Below, piece after piece: positions 17,485 to 27,388 of a stretch of DNA of 42,615 bases (the first letter of the stretch is position 1; each line of letters opens with the position of its first letter). The translations under genes were made by a program, and so were the position numbers. Source of the DNA: an uncultured bacterium. GTDB taxonomy: Bacteria > Bacillota > Clostridia > TANB77 > CAG-508. The DNA lies in contig CAJMQM010000001.1 of NCBI GenBank assembly GCA_905215615.1, forward strand, positions 1 to 42,615. The letters run 5' to 3'. The notes beneath the pieces were generated by a model. It searched no databases. It saw only the letters and a list, made by a program, of their open reading frames with translations, and was not told where the DNA came from.

Positions 17485-17952
17485 AAATACATAATACTAT
17501 GTAAAATAATAATATTAATATATCTTACGGCAATAAGCGAAATAGAGTTTAAAAGAAATTTTAGACTCTATTTTATTTGTTACTTGTATTTATTTATCTA
17601 TAACATTTTATTATGTACAATCCTATAATAACCTTAAATATATGCTATTGTAAACTAAATTAAAAGCAATGTATATGTTATAACTATATGCTACATTTTA
17701 TTCTAAAAAAGCTTTTATCCTCATTTCCGTAGCCATTTTAAGATTTAGTAAAACAAATATAAAATATTGTATAAAAAAATGTAAAATAAAAGTAAAAAAT
17801 GAAATATTTTGCTTACACTTAGAATTCCCGTAGTTACACGAAAATTACTATGTAATTATATGGAAAGAATATATATTGAAAAGCTTAAAAAAATAAGCTA
17901 ATATAGAATTATATAATAATATTTTTAGCTAAAAGGGAAAAGGTGTAAGATT

Positions 17953-20900
17953 ATGGAGAAAAAGAAAAATTATGTGTCTAAATTTATTTTTGTAATTTTC
18001 TTGGCAATTATTATCATGCTTTCATATGCAAGAGAAATTTTGGCATTAGATGGAACAGAAGAAAATAAGGCCGAGGAAACAATAAAATACACAGCAGAGG
18101 TACAGGAGTATTCAGAAGATTATAAAAAATGGTTGGAGCTACCAGATGAAGAAAAAGAAAATACTATTCAGCCAAGCCATTATTATACTTCATATTACCC
18201 ATCATCAAGTAATTTATATAGAATAGATAGAGATACGTTACAAGGAAACTTTAATGCAGTGGCACTAGCTACTACATTACCTTCTTATGATTTAAGAGAT
18301 TACATAGACATAAATGTAAAAAACCAATTAAATACACAAACTTGTTGGACTTTCCCTTTAATTAGTGAAATAGAAACAAACATTAGCTTATCAAGAGGCT
18401 ATACATCACCTGTATTTTCTGTTAGACATATGGAATATGGAACATCAAAAACTTTCTTGGATGGAACTAACCAATATGGTTATAACAGAGAAGTAGGAAG
18501 TGGTGGAAATAGCTATATAGGTATGAGTTATATGGCAAGCGGAAGAGGACCAGTACTTGAAACAGATATGCCATTTGTTAATTCAGAAGAAAAAGTTAAT
18601 TTATCTGAAATAGATAAACAAGCAGGACAACATTTAGAAAATTATGTAAGATTTCCAAGTATTAGAAAAGAGATTTCAAATGGAGTTACAACATATAAAG
18701 ATGCAAAAGGAAACATACTTACAGATGCAAATGTAGAAGATATTAGACAACAAATAAAAGAACATGTTATAGCATATGGTGGAGTTAGTGCTAATACTAA
18801 TTCAAGTCAAACTCAATTCTTTAATAATGTATCTCCAATACTTGCAACTGCATATTATTGTGATGATACTACTATTACACAAGACCACTTAGTTACTATA
18901 GTAGGTTGGGATGATGATTATTCAAAAGAAAACTTTAATGCGTCACATAGACCATCAAAAGATGGAGCATGGTTAGTACTTAACTCATATGGTACAGGAT
19001 TTAATGGAGGTTACTACTATATTTCATATGAAGATGTAATGGTAGAAAAAGAAAATACAGGTACAGTTTTAGTATCAGATAAAGATTATAAAAATATATA
19101 CCAATATGATAACTTAGGTTCTAATGTAAATATTGGACTAAATGGTAATGATGCACCACTTTCTACAGTATATGTTGCAAATGTATTTACAAAACAAGAT
19201 AGTGGAGAAGAATACTTAAGCGAAGTAGGTATTCATAGTGTATCAAACTGCACAGTAGATGTATATGTTAATACAACAGGAGCACTAGATACAACAGGTG
19301 CAACTTTAGTTGCTACTGGATTAAATATGCAAGAAGAATATAGAACAGTAAAAATTACAAACCCAATAACACTTACAAATAATCAATTTGCAATTATAGT
19401 AAAATATACATCAGTAGATGGGTCACAAGTAAGAATTCCATTAGAAGCAAAAACAGATGATGACCCAAAATGGGACACGGCAACTGCAAATGCAAACGAA
19501 GGTTATGTTTCTGCAACAGGAACTAGCTCATGGCAAGATGTTACAGGAATAAGCATAAACGGAATAACAAACCAAAGTATTTGTGTTAAAGCATTTACTA
19601 AAGATGCAGATAATGCAGGACCTACAATAACATTTGAAACAAATGGAAGTACAACATATAAAAGAACACAAGGTACAAAAGTAACAGTTACAGATCCAAG
19701 TGGAGTAAACAATTCTACATTAAGATATGTATGGACACAAAGTACATCTCAACCAATTGATAGTGAATTTGCAGATATGTATACAAATGAAAGCGTAGTT
19801 TCTAATAGTACAGAAACAGGAAACAATTGGTACTTATGGGTTGTAGCAAAAGACTTGCAAGGAAATACAACATATGCAAGAACAGAGGCTTTCTATTTAG
19901 ATAATACTCCTCCGACAATACCAACAATAACAAGTAATGCACAAAATAATGTTTATACAAAAGATAATGCTATTATAACTATCAATGGTTCTACAGCATT
20001 AAGTGGAATAGCAAAATATCAGTATAGCTTAAATAACGGAACTACTTGGAACGATGTAAATGGAGCAATAGAAATTAGCAAAAGTGGAACATACCAAATA
20101 AAAGCAAGGGCAGTTAGTAATGTTGGCTTAACAGGAGCAGTAAGCGACACATATATTATTAAAATAGATAAAGATGCACCAAAAGTAACAGGTGTAGAAG
20201 AAGGAGAAAAATATAAAGAAGCTACACCAGTTGTAGAAGATGATACAGAAGTAATAGCAACAATTCAAAAAGATGGAGAAGAAGAAAAAGCATACCCTAT
20301 AGAAGATGGACAAGGAGAGCCAATTACAGAAGATGGAGATTATACATTAAGAGTAGAAGACGAACTTGGAAATGAAACAATAATTCATTTTACAATTGAT
20401 GCTACAGGACCAGTAATTAGCTTTAATCCAAATGGAAATACAACATACAAAAAGAGTCAAAGCAGTATAATAACAGTTACAGACGAAAATAGTGATGTAG
20501 ATGCAACTACTTTAAAATACAAATGGGTACGTAATGCTACATATTTATATGAAAGTATGTTTGATACAGATTCAACAGCATTTGCAAGTGGAGATACAGC
20601 TACAATAAGCGAGGGCTCTGGCAATGATTATAATTTAGTTGTTATTGCAAAAGATAGTTTAGGAAATGTTACAATAGAAAAAAGTAATCCATTTTACCTA
20701 GATAATGCAAAACCAACTGCACCAAACATTGATGGTAGTGTTGGTTCTGGAGATTCTACAAACCAAGATGTTAGAGTTACAATTGGAGGAAGTACAGCAT
20801 TAAGTGGTATAAAGAAATATCAATATAGTTTAGATGGTGGAGCAACTTGGACAGATATAAATGAAGGAGAATCATTTAACCTTACAGAATCAGGAACACA

Positions 20901-23900
20901 TAGAATTATAGCAAGAGCAATAAACAACTTAGATACGATAGGAGAAACATTACAAGAATATGTTGTAACAATTAGCAAAACTTCACCAGTAATTAACTTT
21001 AACCCAAATGGAAATAAACTATATAAAAGGTCACAGTCAAGTACAATTACAGTTACGCACTCTGAAGAAATAGACAATAGCAGTTTACACTATATATGGA
21101 GTCAATCTACAGAGACACCAAGTGAAAGCGAAATTACACAAAAATATATACAAGGTGAAACTGTAACAAAAAATACAGATAGTGGTGTATGGTATATTTG
21201 GGCAATGGCAAAAGATATTCTTGGAAATACATCAATTACAAGAAGTGAAGGTTTCTATTTAGATAATGAAGTGCCACCACCTCCAACAATAACAAGTAAT
21301 GCACCAAATGGAGTTTATACAGGAGAAGATGCTACAGTTAAAATCTCAGGAAGTAGCAGTCCAAGTGGAATACAAAAATATAAATATAGCTTAGATAATC
21401 AAGTTACATGGACAGATGGTGATTCACTAGTATTTAATAAAGATGGAATTTACATAATATATGCAGTTGCTGTTAACAATGTTGGTAGAACTGGAGAAGT
21501 GTCAGATCCATATGTAATAAAAATTGATAAAACAGCACCAAAAGTAACAGGGGTAGAAGAAGGAGAAAAATATCAGAAAGCAACACCAGTAATAGAAGAT
21601 TCTACAGAAGTAGAGATAGAGTTAAGAAAAGATGGCGAAGTAGTACCTTATAAAGAGGGAGACGAAATAACAGAAGATGGTGAATATACTATTAAAGTAA
21701 CAGACGAGTTTGATAATAGTACAATTATTAACTTTATTATAGATTCTACACCACCAACAGTAACTTTTGAACCAAATGGAAATAATACATGGGCAAAAGA
21801 ACAGAGCACAAAAGTAACAGTAACAGATGAATATGGAGTAGACGAATCAACATTAAGATATAAATGGACACAAAGTGTACAAGTACTAACAGAAGAAACA
21901 TTTATGCCAGATTCAAGTCCATTTACAAATGGAACTAATATAACAAAAGATGGAGTAAGTGGAGATAATTGGTATTTATGGGTATATGCTAAAGATTTAC
22001 AAGGAAATATGGCATTAGTTAAAACAGCTAGATTTTGCTTAGACAATGGAATACCACCAGCACCAGATATTACAGCAAGTGTAAATAATGGTGGAAAGAG
22101 TAGTGAAGATATTACATTTAATATTAGTGGAAGTAGTAGTTTAAGTGGAATAGCCAAATATCAATATAGCTTAAATGGAGGAACAACTTGGACAGATGTT
22201 AATTTAGGAGAAACTGTAACATTAGATACTACAGGAATTTACACTATAACAGCAAGGGCAGTAAATAATGTTGGAACAGAAGGTTATGTAACAGAACAAT
22301 ATATAGTAACAGTAGATAAAGAAGGAGCAACTATTAGCTTTAATCCAAATGGAAATACTAAATTTGCTAGAATACAAAGCACAGCTGTAACAGTAGAATC
22401 AGTAGTAGGAATTGCTAATAATGGATTAAAATATTTGTGGAGTACAAAAGAAACTGGAGTTACACCAGCAGAGTTCACACAGTCATTTAGTAATAATCAA
22501 ACTATAACTAGAAATACTGGAAGTGGAATATGGTACTTATGGATTTCTGCAACAGATAGTGCAGGGGCAAATAAAATAGTAAGAAGTGAAGGCTTTAATT
22601 TAGACAATGACATACCAAATGCACCAACAATAACATCAAGCACAAGTTCAGGAAGCGTTATAAGCGAAAACTTAGAATTTACTTTAAGTGGAAGTACAAG
22701 CCCAAGCGGAATAGCAAAATATCAGTATAGCTTAGATAATGGTACAACTTGGAGTGATGCCTCAGCAGAAGGAAAAGTTGTAATAGAAAAATCAGGAAAA
22801 TATCAAATAAAAGCAAGAGCTGTAAACAATGTAGATACAATAGGAAGAGTATCAGTAACTGCTTATGAGGTAACAATAGATAAATCACCTTTAAATGTTA
22901 CAATTACACCTAATGAAAATGCTACATATCAAAAATTGCAGTCTACACAAGTAAGTGTAGAAACAAGCAACGAAATAGTAACTTTAAAATACTTATGGAG
23001 TCAAAAAGAAAATGGTGTGCAAGTAAACGAAATAACAAATAATTTTACAAACAACCAAGTTATAACAAAAGACACAGAAAGTGGACCATGGTATTTATGG
23101 GTACTAGTAGAAGATAACGTAGGAAAACAAGTAATAAAAAATAGTGGTGCATTTTACTTAGATAACGAAATTCCAGAGGCACCAATAGTAACAAAAAATG
23201 TAGATACAGTAAATGATACAGTAGAAGTTAATATTAGTGGAAGCTCAAGTCCAAGTGGAATAGCCAAATATCAATATACATTAGATAATGGAGAAACATG
23301 GAAGGACTTAGCAAAAGGAGAAACTCTAATATTAAACGAAATTGGTGACTATGAATTTCTAGCAAGGGCAGTAAATAATGTTGGTACAAATGGTAGAACA
23401 ACAGATATGGAAGTAATAGAAGTTGTAACTAGAGTTCCATTAATTGAATTTATACCAAATGGAAATACGAAATATGAACATAGCCAAGCTACAAAAGTAA
23501 GAATTAGAAGTAGCATAGGATTAAATGAAGAAAGTTACTACTATTTATGGACAACACAAGAGGAAGGAATAACAGAAGAAAACATTATAAACAAATTAAC
23601 AAATAATGAAACATTAACAAAAGATGAAGAAAGTGGAATTTGGTACTTGTGGGTAATTGCAAAAAATGTGGATAATGAAGTATCAATTAAGAGAAGCGAA
23701 GGATTTTACTTAGACAATAACGATCCAATTATTGAGGGCGCAGAAGAAGGAAAAACTTATGAAGAAACAAAACTTTTAATAAAAGATGCTACAAGTAAGG
23801 TTACAACACAAGTGTTAAAAGATGGAAGAAAATATGCTTATGTAAAAACAAACCCAACAAGTGATGAAGAAATGGCATATATCGAACAAATTACACTAAA

Positions 23901-24726
23901 GCAAAGTGGGGTTTACCAAGTAACAGCAACAGACGAAGCTGGAAATACAGCAAGTATAAGCTTTGTAGTACAAGCAGGAGAAAAAGATGTTACAGGACCA
24001 ACTGTTAAGTTTACAACAAATGGTAATAAAGAATATGGAAAAGTACAAGAAACAGAAGTGGAAGTAGAAGACCCATCTGGAATTAACGAGGATAGTTTGT
24101 TATACATATGGTCAAAATCAGAAGAGCCACCAGAAAAAGATGAATTTGTAAATAAATTTAAAAATGGTGACAAAATTAGAAATAATAAAGATACAGGAAA
24201 AGTATATTTATGGATTTATGCAGAAGACAAACTAGGAAATGAAAGTATAATTAGAAGTGAACCTTTCTATTTGGATAACTCAACACCAAATCCACCAAAT
24301 ATTCATACAGATATTAAAGATGGAGAAAACACAGAAGATGATGTAGTTATAGAAGTAGATGGTGGAAAAACAGAAAGCGATGTAGAATATGAATATAGTA
24401 CAGATGATGGAAAAACATGGCACAAAGTAGAAGATGGAAAAGTTACAATAAAAGATGAGGGTACAACTACAATAATCTTTAGAACAGTAAACGAAGTAGG
24501 AACTGTAAGTGAACCAACTGAACCTTTAACATTTACAATAAAGAAAAATACAAACACAGACCCTAAGGGAAATGGAGGAAAAACAAACAATACTATAGAT
24601 AATACAACAGCAAAAGACCCAATACCTCAAACAGGTTTAGTTGCAAATACAATTTTAGTATTAATTATTGTATTAGGAGTTTCAGCAATAGTTATAGCAG
24701 TACGTTACTTTAAGATTAAACAATAA
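17953..24726 (+). CDS. 2257-aa cell-wall-anchored surface protein: signal peptide, papain-like (C1) cysteine peptidase domain, about 18 tandem beta-sandwich-like modules, and a sortase sorting signal
   Basis: N-terminal signal sequence KFIFVIFLAIIIMLSYA. C1 motifs: YDLRD..VKNQLNTQTCWTF (Cys codon at 18343-18345), DHLVTIVGWDD (His), LNSYGTGFNGGYYYISY (Asn). C-terminal IPQTG (24622-24636) followed by a hydrophobic helix and RYFKIKQ. Confidence 0.85.
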   Translation: MEKKKNYVSKFIFVIFLAIIIMLSYAREILALDGTEENKAEETIKYTAEVQEYSEDYKKWLELPDEEKENTIQPSHYYTSYYPSSSNLYRIDRDTLQGNFNAVALATTLPSYDLRDYIDINVKNQLNTQTCWTFPLISEIETNISLSRGYTSPVFSVRHMEYGTSKTFLDGTNQYGYNREVGSGGNSYIGMSYMASGRGPVLETDMPFVNSEEKVNLSEIDKQAGQHLENYVRFPSIRKEISNGVTTYKDAKGNILTDANVEDIRQQIKEHVIAYGGVSANTNSSQTQFFNNVSPILATAYYCDDTTITQDHLVTIVGWDDDYSKENFNASHRPSKDGAWLVLNSYGTGFNGGYYYISYEDVMVEKENTGTVLVSDKDYKNIYQYDNLGSNVNIGLNGNDAPLSTVYVANVFTKQDSGEEYLSEVGIHSVSNCTVDVYVNTTGALDTTGATLVATGLNMQEEYRTVKITNPITLTNNQFAIIVKYTSVDGSQVRIPLEAKTDDDPKWDTATANANEGYVSATGTSSWQDVTGISINGITNQSICVKAFTKDADNAGPTITFETNGSTTYKRTQGTKVTVTDPSGVNNSTLRYVWTQSTSQPIDSEFADMYTNESVVSNSTETGNNWYLWVVAKDLQGNTTYARTEAFYLDNTPPTIPTITSNAQNNVYTKDNAIITINGSTALSGIAKYQYSLNNGTTWNDVNGAIEISKSGTYQIKARAVSNVGLTGAVSDTYIIKIDKDAPKVTGVEEGEKYKEATPVVEDDTEVIATIQKDGEEEKAYPIEDGQGEPITEDGDYTLRVEDELGNETIIHFTIDATGPVISFNPNGNTTYKKSQSSIITVTDENSDVDATTLKYKWVRNATYLYESMFDTDSTAFASGDTATISEGSGNDYNLVVIAKDSLGNVTIEKSNPFYLDNAKPTAPNIDGSVGSGDSTNQDVRVTIGGSTALSGIKKYQYSLDGGATWTDINEGESFNLTESGTHRIIARAINNLDTIGETLQEYVVTISKTSPVINFNPNGNKLYKRSQSSTITVTHSEEIDNSSLHYIWSQSTETPSESEITQKYIQGETVTKNTDSGVWYIWAMAKDILGNTSITRSEGFYLDNEVPPPPTITSNAPNGVYTGEDATVKISGSSSPSGIQKYKYSLDNQVTWTDGDSLVFNKDGIYIIYAVAVNNVGRTGEVSDPYVIKIDKTAPKVTGVEEGEKYQKATPVIEDSTEVEIELRKDGEVVPYKEGDEITEDGEYTIKVTDEFDNSTIINFIIDSTPPTVTFEPNGNNTWAKEQSTKVTVTDEYGVDESTLRYKWTQSVQVLTEETFMPDSSPFTNGTNITKDGVSGDNWYLWVYAKDLQGNMALVKTARFCLDNGIPPAPDITASVNNGGKSSEDITFNISGSSSLSGIAKYQYSLNGGTTWTDVNLGETVTLDTTGIYTITARAVNNVGTEGYVTEQYIVTVDKEGATISFNPNGNTKFARIQSTAVTVESVVGIANNGLKYLWSTKETGVTPAEFTQSFSNNQTITRNTGSGIWYLWISATDSAGANKIVRSEGFNLDNDIPNAPTITSSTSSGSVISENLEFTLSGSTSPSGIAKYQYSLDNGTTWSDASAEGKVVIEKSGKYQIKARAVNNVDTIGRVSVTAYEVTIDKSPLNVTITPNENATYQKLQSTQVSVETSNEIVTLKYLWSQKENGVQVNEITNNFTNNQVITKDTESGPWYLWVLVEDNVGKQVIKNSGAFYLDNEIPEAPIVTKNVDTVNDTVEVNISGSSSPSGIAKYQYTLDNGETWKDLAKGETLILNEIGDYEFLARAVNNVGTNGRTTDMEVIEVVTRVPLIEFIPNGNTKYEHSQATKVRIRSSIGLNEESYYYLWTTQEEGITEENIINKLTNNETLTKDEESGIWYLWVIAKNVDNEVSIKRSEGFYLDNNDPIIEGAEEGKTYEETKLLIKDATSKVTTQVLKDGRKYAYVKTNPTSDEEMAYIEQITLKQSGVYQVTATDEAGNTASISFVVQAGEKDVTGPTVKFTTNGNKEYGKVQETEVEVEDPSGINEDSLLYIWSKSEEPPEKDEFVNKFKNGDKIRNNKDTGKVYLWIYAEDKLGNESIIRSEPFYLDNSTPNPPNIHTDIKDGENTEDDVVIEVDGGKTESDVEYEYSTDDGKTWHKVEDGKVTIKDEGTTTIIFRTVNEVGTVSEPTEPLTFTIKKNTNTDPKGNGGKTNNTIDNTTAKDPIPQTGLVANTILVLIIVLGVSAIVIAVRYFKIKQ
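19618..24543 (+). repeat. In-frame tandem array of three module types inside the surface-protein gene
   Basis: Counted in the translation. Type A (F.PNGN...W..S......WYLWV.A.D..GN......FYLDN) occurs 8 times. Type B (SG(I/V).KYQYSLD.G.TW.D...G.Y.I.ARAVNNVG) occurs 7 times. Type C (APKVTGVEEGEKY..ATPV.ED...DG.Y...V.DE.GN) occurs 3 times. Order is ABC-AB-ABC-AB-AB-AB-AC-AB. Confidence 0.85.
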
Positions 24727-24812
24727 AACTCAAGAGTTATTTATAAATAAATTTTGGAAACTGTAAAATTAAATTCCAAAGTGTAAATAAATTTATAACA
24801 AATTTTAGAAAA

Positions 24813-24835
24813 GTGTTGCAATTGCAGCACTTTTT
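24813..24835 (+). terminator. Intrinsic terminator after the surface-protein gene
   Basis: GTGTTGCA pairs with TGCAGCAC (one G-T wobble) within 24813-24830, followed by TTTTT at 24831-24835. It overlaps the rpsB promoter -35. Confidence 0.5.
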
Positions 24836-24845
24836 GTGTTATAAT
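24816..24845 (+). promoter_or_regulatory. Predicted sigma-A promoter of rpsB-tsf
   Basis: TTGCAA (24816-24821), an 18-nt spacer, then the extended -10 TGTTATAAT (24837-24845). Confidence 0.6.
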
Positions 24846-24956
24846 AATAAACGTTAAAAATACACACATATAGTTAGCATAAAATAGTGCTTGAATATCA
24901 AGTTGGTTTATGCGTACAAAGCTATATGGAGGAATAACTAAAAGGAGGAATTGAAA

Positions 24957-25751
24957 ATGTCAGTAGTTGCAATGAAACAATTACTAGAAGCAGGTGTTCA
25001 CTTTGGACATCAAACAAGAAGATGGAACCCAAAAATGGCTGAATATATATTCCAAGCTAGAAATGGTATCCACATTATTGACTTACAAAAGTCATCAAAA
25101 AAATTAGATGAAGCTTACGATTTCTTAAAAAATCAAGCTGAAGAAGGAAAAACAGTTCTATTTGTAGGAACAAAGAAACAAGCACAAGAGTGTGCTAAAG
25201 AAGCTGCAGAAAAATGCGGTATGTACTATGTTAATCAAAGATGGTTAGGAGGAACTTTAACAAACTTCAAAACTATCAGAAACAGAATTAAAAGATTAAC
25301 AGACATAGAAAAAATGCAAGAAGATGGAACTTTTGAAGTTTTACCAAAGAAAGAAGTTATACTTCTAAAGAAAGAAATGGAAAAACTTGAAAAGAACCTT
25401 GGTGGAATTAAAGAAATGACAGAACTACCAGGAGTTATGTTTGTTGTAGACCCTAACAAAGAAAGAATAGCTATATTAGAAGCTAGAAAATTAGGAATAC
25501 CAGTTATAGGTTTAGTAGACACAAACTGTAATCCAGAAGATGTAGACTATGCTATTCCAGGAAACGACGATGCTATTCGTGCTGTTAAATTAATAATGGA
25601 TGTAATGGCAAATGCTGTTATAGAAGGAAGGCAAGGTGAATCTATGGAACAAGAAGTAGATGCACAAGAACAAATAGCAGAAGAAGCTAAACCAGAAAGT
25701 ATGGAAGAAGTTGTAGCTGCAGAAGAAAATTCTGAAGAAGATAATAAATAA
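24957..25751 (+). CDS. rpsB: 30S ribosomal protein S2
   Basis: [27 protein letters not shown] is a canonical S2 N-terminus, with an acidic C-terminal tail. ATG at 24957 after AAGGAGG; the ORF opens at TTG 24951. Confidence 0.97.
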   Translation: MSVVAMKQLLEAGVHFGHQTRRWNPKMAEYIFQARNGIHIIDLQKSSKKLDEAYDFLKNQAEEGKTVLFVGTKKQAQECAKEAAEKCGMYYVNQRWLGGTLTNFKTIRNRIKRLTDIEKMQEDGTFEVLPKKEVILLKKEMEKLEKNLGGIKEMTELPGVMFVVDPNKERIAILEARKLGIPVIGLVDTNCNPEDVDYAIPGNDDAIRAVKLIMDVMANAVIEGRQGESMEQEVDAQEQIAEEAKPESMEEVVAAEENSEEDNK

Positions 25752-25881
25752 TTTTAGAATAAATATAAAGGAGGACATTTCTTTAAAGCAAATTAAACCA
25801 AAGAAACTATAGTTTCAACAAGTATTAATTTTCTTAGAAATGTTCTTTTTTAAATGAATAATATAATGGGAGGTTTTTATA

Positions 25882-26763
25882 ATGATTACTGCAAATCAGG
25901 TTAAAGAGTTAAGAGAAAAAACAGGTGCAGGTATGATGGACTGCAAAAAAGTTTTAACAGAAACAAATGGAGATGAAGAAAAAGCAATTGAGCTATTACG
26001 TGAAAGAGGAATAGCAAAAGCTGCTAAAAAGGCAGACAGAATTGCATCAGAGGGATTAGTTGCAGCATATGTATCAGACGACAAAAAGGTTGGAGCTGTT
26101 GTAGAAGTTAATGCTGAAACAGACTTTGTTGCAAAAAACGAAGAATTTAAACAATTTGTTGCAGATGTTGTAAAACAAGTTGCAGATAAAAATCCAGCAG
26201 ATGTAGAAGCATTATTAGCACAAACATCAATTGCTGAACCAGATAAAACAGTTCAAGAAGTATTAACAAACAAAATTGCTACAATAGGCGAGAATATGTC
26301 TATTAGAAGATTTGAAAGATTTGAAACAGAAGGTATGGTAGAAAGCTATATCCACGGAGAAGGAAAAATTGGTGTTTTATTAGACATTACAGGTGGAGAC
26401 GAAACTTTAGCAAAAGATGTTTGTATGCAAATAGCTGCTGCTAAACCAGAATTCTTAGATAGAGAATCTGTTCCAGCTGAAAGATTAGAAAAAGAAATGG
26501 AAATACTAAAAGCTCAAGCTATGAACGAAGGAAAACCAGAACAAATAGCTGAGAAAATAGTACAAGGAAGAATTGGAAAATTCTATTCAGAAATATGCTT
26601 AGTAGACCAAGAATTTGTTAAAGACCCAGACACAACAGTTGGAAAACTAGTTGCAGCAAAAGGAGCAAAACTAAACAGATTTGTTAGATTTGAAAAAGGC
26701 GAAGGATTAGCTAAAAAAGAAGAAAACTTTGCAGAAGAAGTTGCAAAACAAATAAATGGCTAA
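25882..26763 (+). CDS. tsf: Translation elongation factor Ts
   Basis: ITANQVKELREKTGAGMMDCKKVL UBA-like N-terminus and the canonical dimerisation core. Sits immediately after rpsB. Confidence 0.97.
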   Translation: MITANQVKELREKTGAGMMDCKKVLTETNGDEEKAIELLRERGIAKAAKKADRIASEGLVAAYVSDDKKVGAVVEVNAETDFVAKNEEFKQFVADVVKQVADKNPADVEALLAQTSIAEPDKTVQEVLTNKIATIGENMSIRRFERFETEGMVESYIHGEGKIGVLLDITGGDETLAKDVCMQIAAAKPEFLDRESVPAERLEKEMEILKAQAMNEGKPEQIAEKIVQGRIGKFYSEICLVDQEFVKDPDTTVGKLVAAKGAKLNRFVRFEKGEGLAKKEENFAEEVAKQING

Positions 26764-26820
26764 AAAATAAAAGAAAATTAGAGCAAACTATGTAAATTTA
26801 TTAATTTACATGTGAAGTGT

Positions 26821-26866
26821 AAGATAAATGTAGACACATAAAAAGTGTTTACATTTATCTTTTTTT
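26821..26866 (+). terminator. Intrinsic terminator after tsf
   Basis: AAGATAAATGTA (26821-26832) pairs with TACATTTATCTT (26850-26861), followed by a T run. A second small hairpin, TGTAAATT/AATTTACA, sits at 26791-26810. Confidence 0.75.
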
Positions 26867-26884
26867 ATTTTAAATAAAAAACTA

Positions 26885-26948
26885 TTGACAAAATATAAAA
26901 ATAAGCATATCATGAATATATGAACATGTAATCATACGTTCGTGATAT
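26885..26948 (+). promoter_or_regulatory. Promoter with an overlapping ArsR/SmtB-type inverted-repeat operator
   Basis: TTGACA (26885-26890), 17 nt, TATCAT (26908-26913). Inverted repeat ATATCATGAATATATGA (26907-26923) and TCATACGTTCGTGATAT (26932-26948), with 14 of 17 positions complementary. It contains a TATATGAACA core like staphylococcal CzrA/CadC-type sites. Confidence 0.6.
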
Positions 26949-27016
26949 AAATTAAATTTTATTTTTATAAATTTCTGATAAAACTAAAAGAGTATAAAAA
27001 TTAAAAGGAGGATTTT

Positions 27017-27385
27017 ATGAACAACGAAGAAGAATATATATGCCAAGAAAATTGCCCACACATAGCTGAAATAAAAGAAGTAGAAGTTTCTAGTCTAGAT
27101 AGAGAAACATTTTTAACATTATCTGAAATATTTAAACTATTTGCAGATGAAACAAGGCTAAGAATAATTTGTGCTATTTTAAATACAGAACTTTGTGTAT
27201 GTGATTTATGCGAATTACTTAACTTAAACCAGTCTGCAGTGTCACATCAATTACAATTACTTAGGAATAGCAAGTTAGTAAAATATAGAAAAGAGGGTAA
27301 GCAAGTTTTTTATAGCCTAGAAGATGACCATATAGAAAGTATTATAAAAATTGCAATAGCACATATTACAGAGGAGGCGAAATAA
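27017..27385 (+). CDS. ArsR/SmtB-family metal-sensing repressor, CadC-like
   Basis: HTH segment LNQSAVSHQLQLLR. CVC motif in ELCVCDLCELL, plus N-terminal Cys pair ICQENC (alpha3N-type site as in CadC). Confidence 0.85.
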   Translation: MNNEEEYICQENCPHIAEIKEVEVSSLDRETFLTLSEIFKLFADETRLRIICAILNTELCVCDLCELLNLNQSAVSHQLQLLRNSKLVKYRKEGKQVFYSLEDDHIESIIKIAIAHITEEAK

Positions 27386-27388
27386 CTT

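Noticed and set aside
17725-17833. Repeated TTCCGTAG (17725-17732) and TTCCCGTAG (17825-17833) upstream of the giant surface-protein gene, as possible regulator sites
   Set aside because: There are only two imperfect 8-9-mers, 100 nt apart, with no symmetry and no supporting context. This is compatible with chance.
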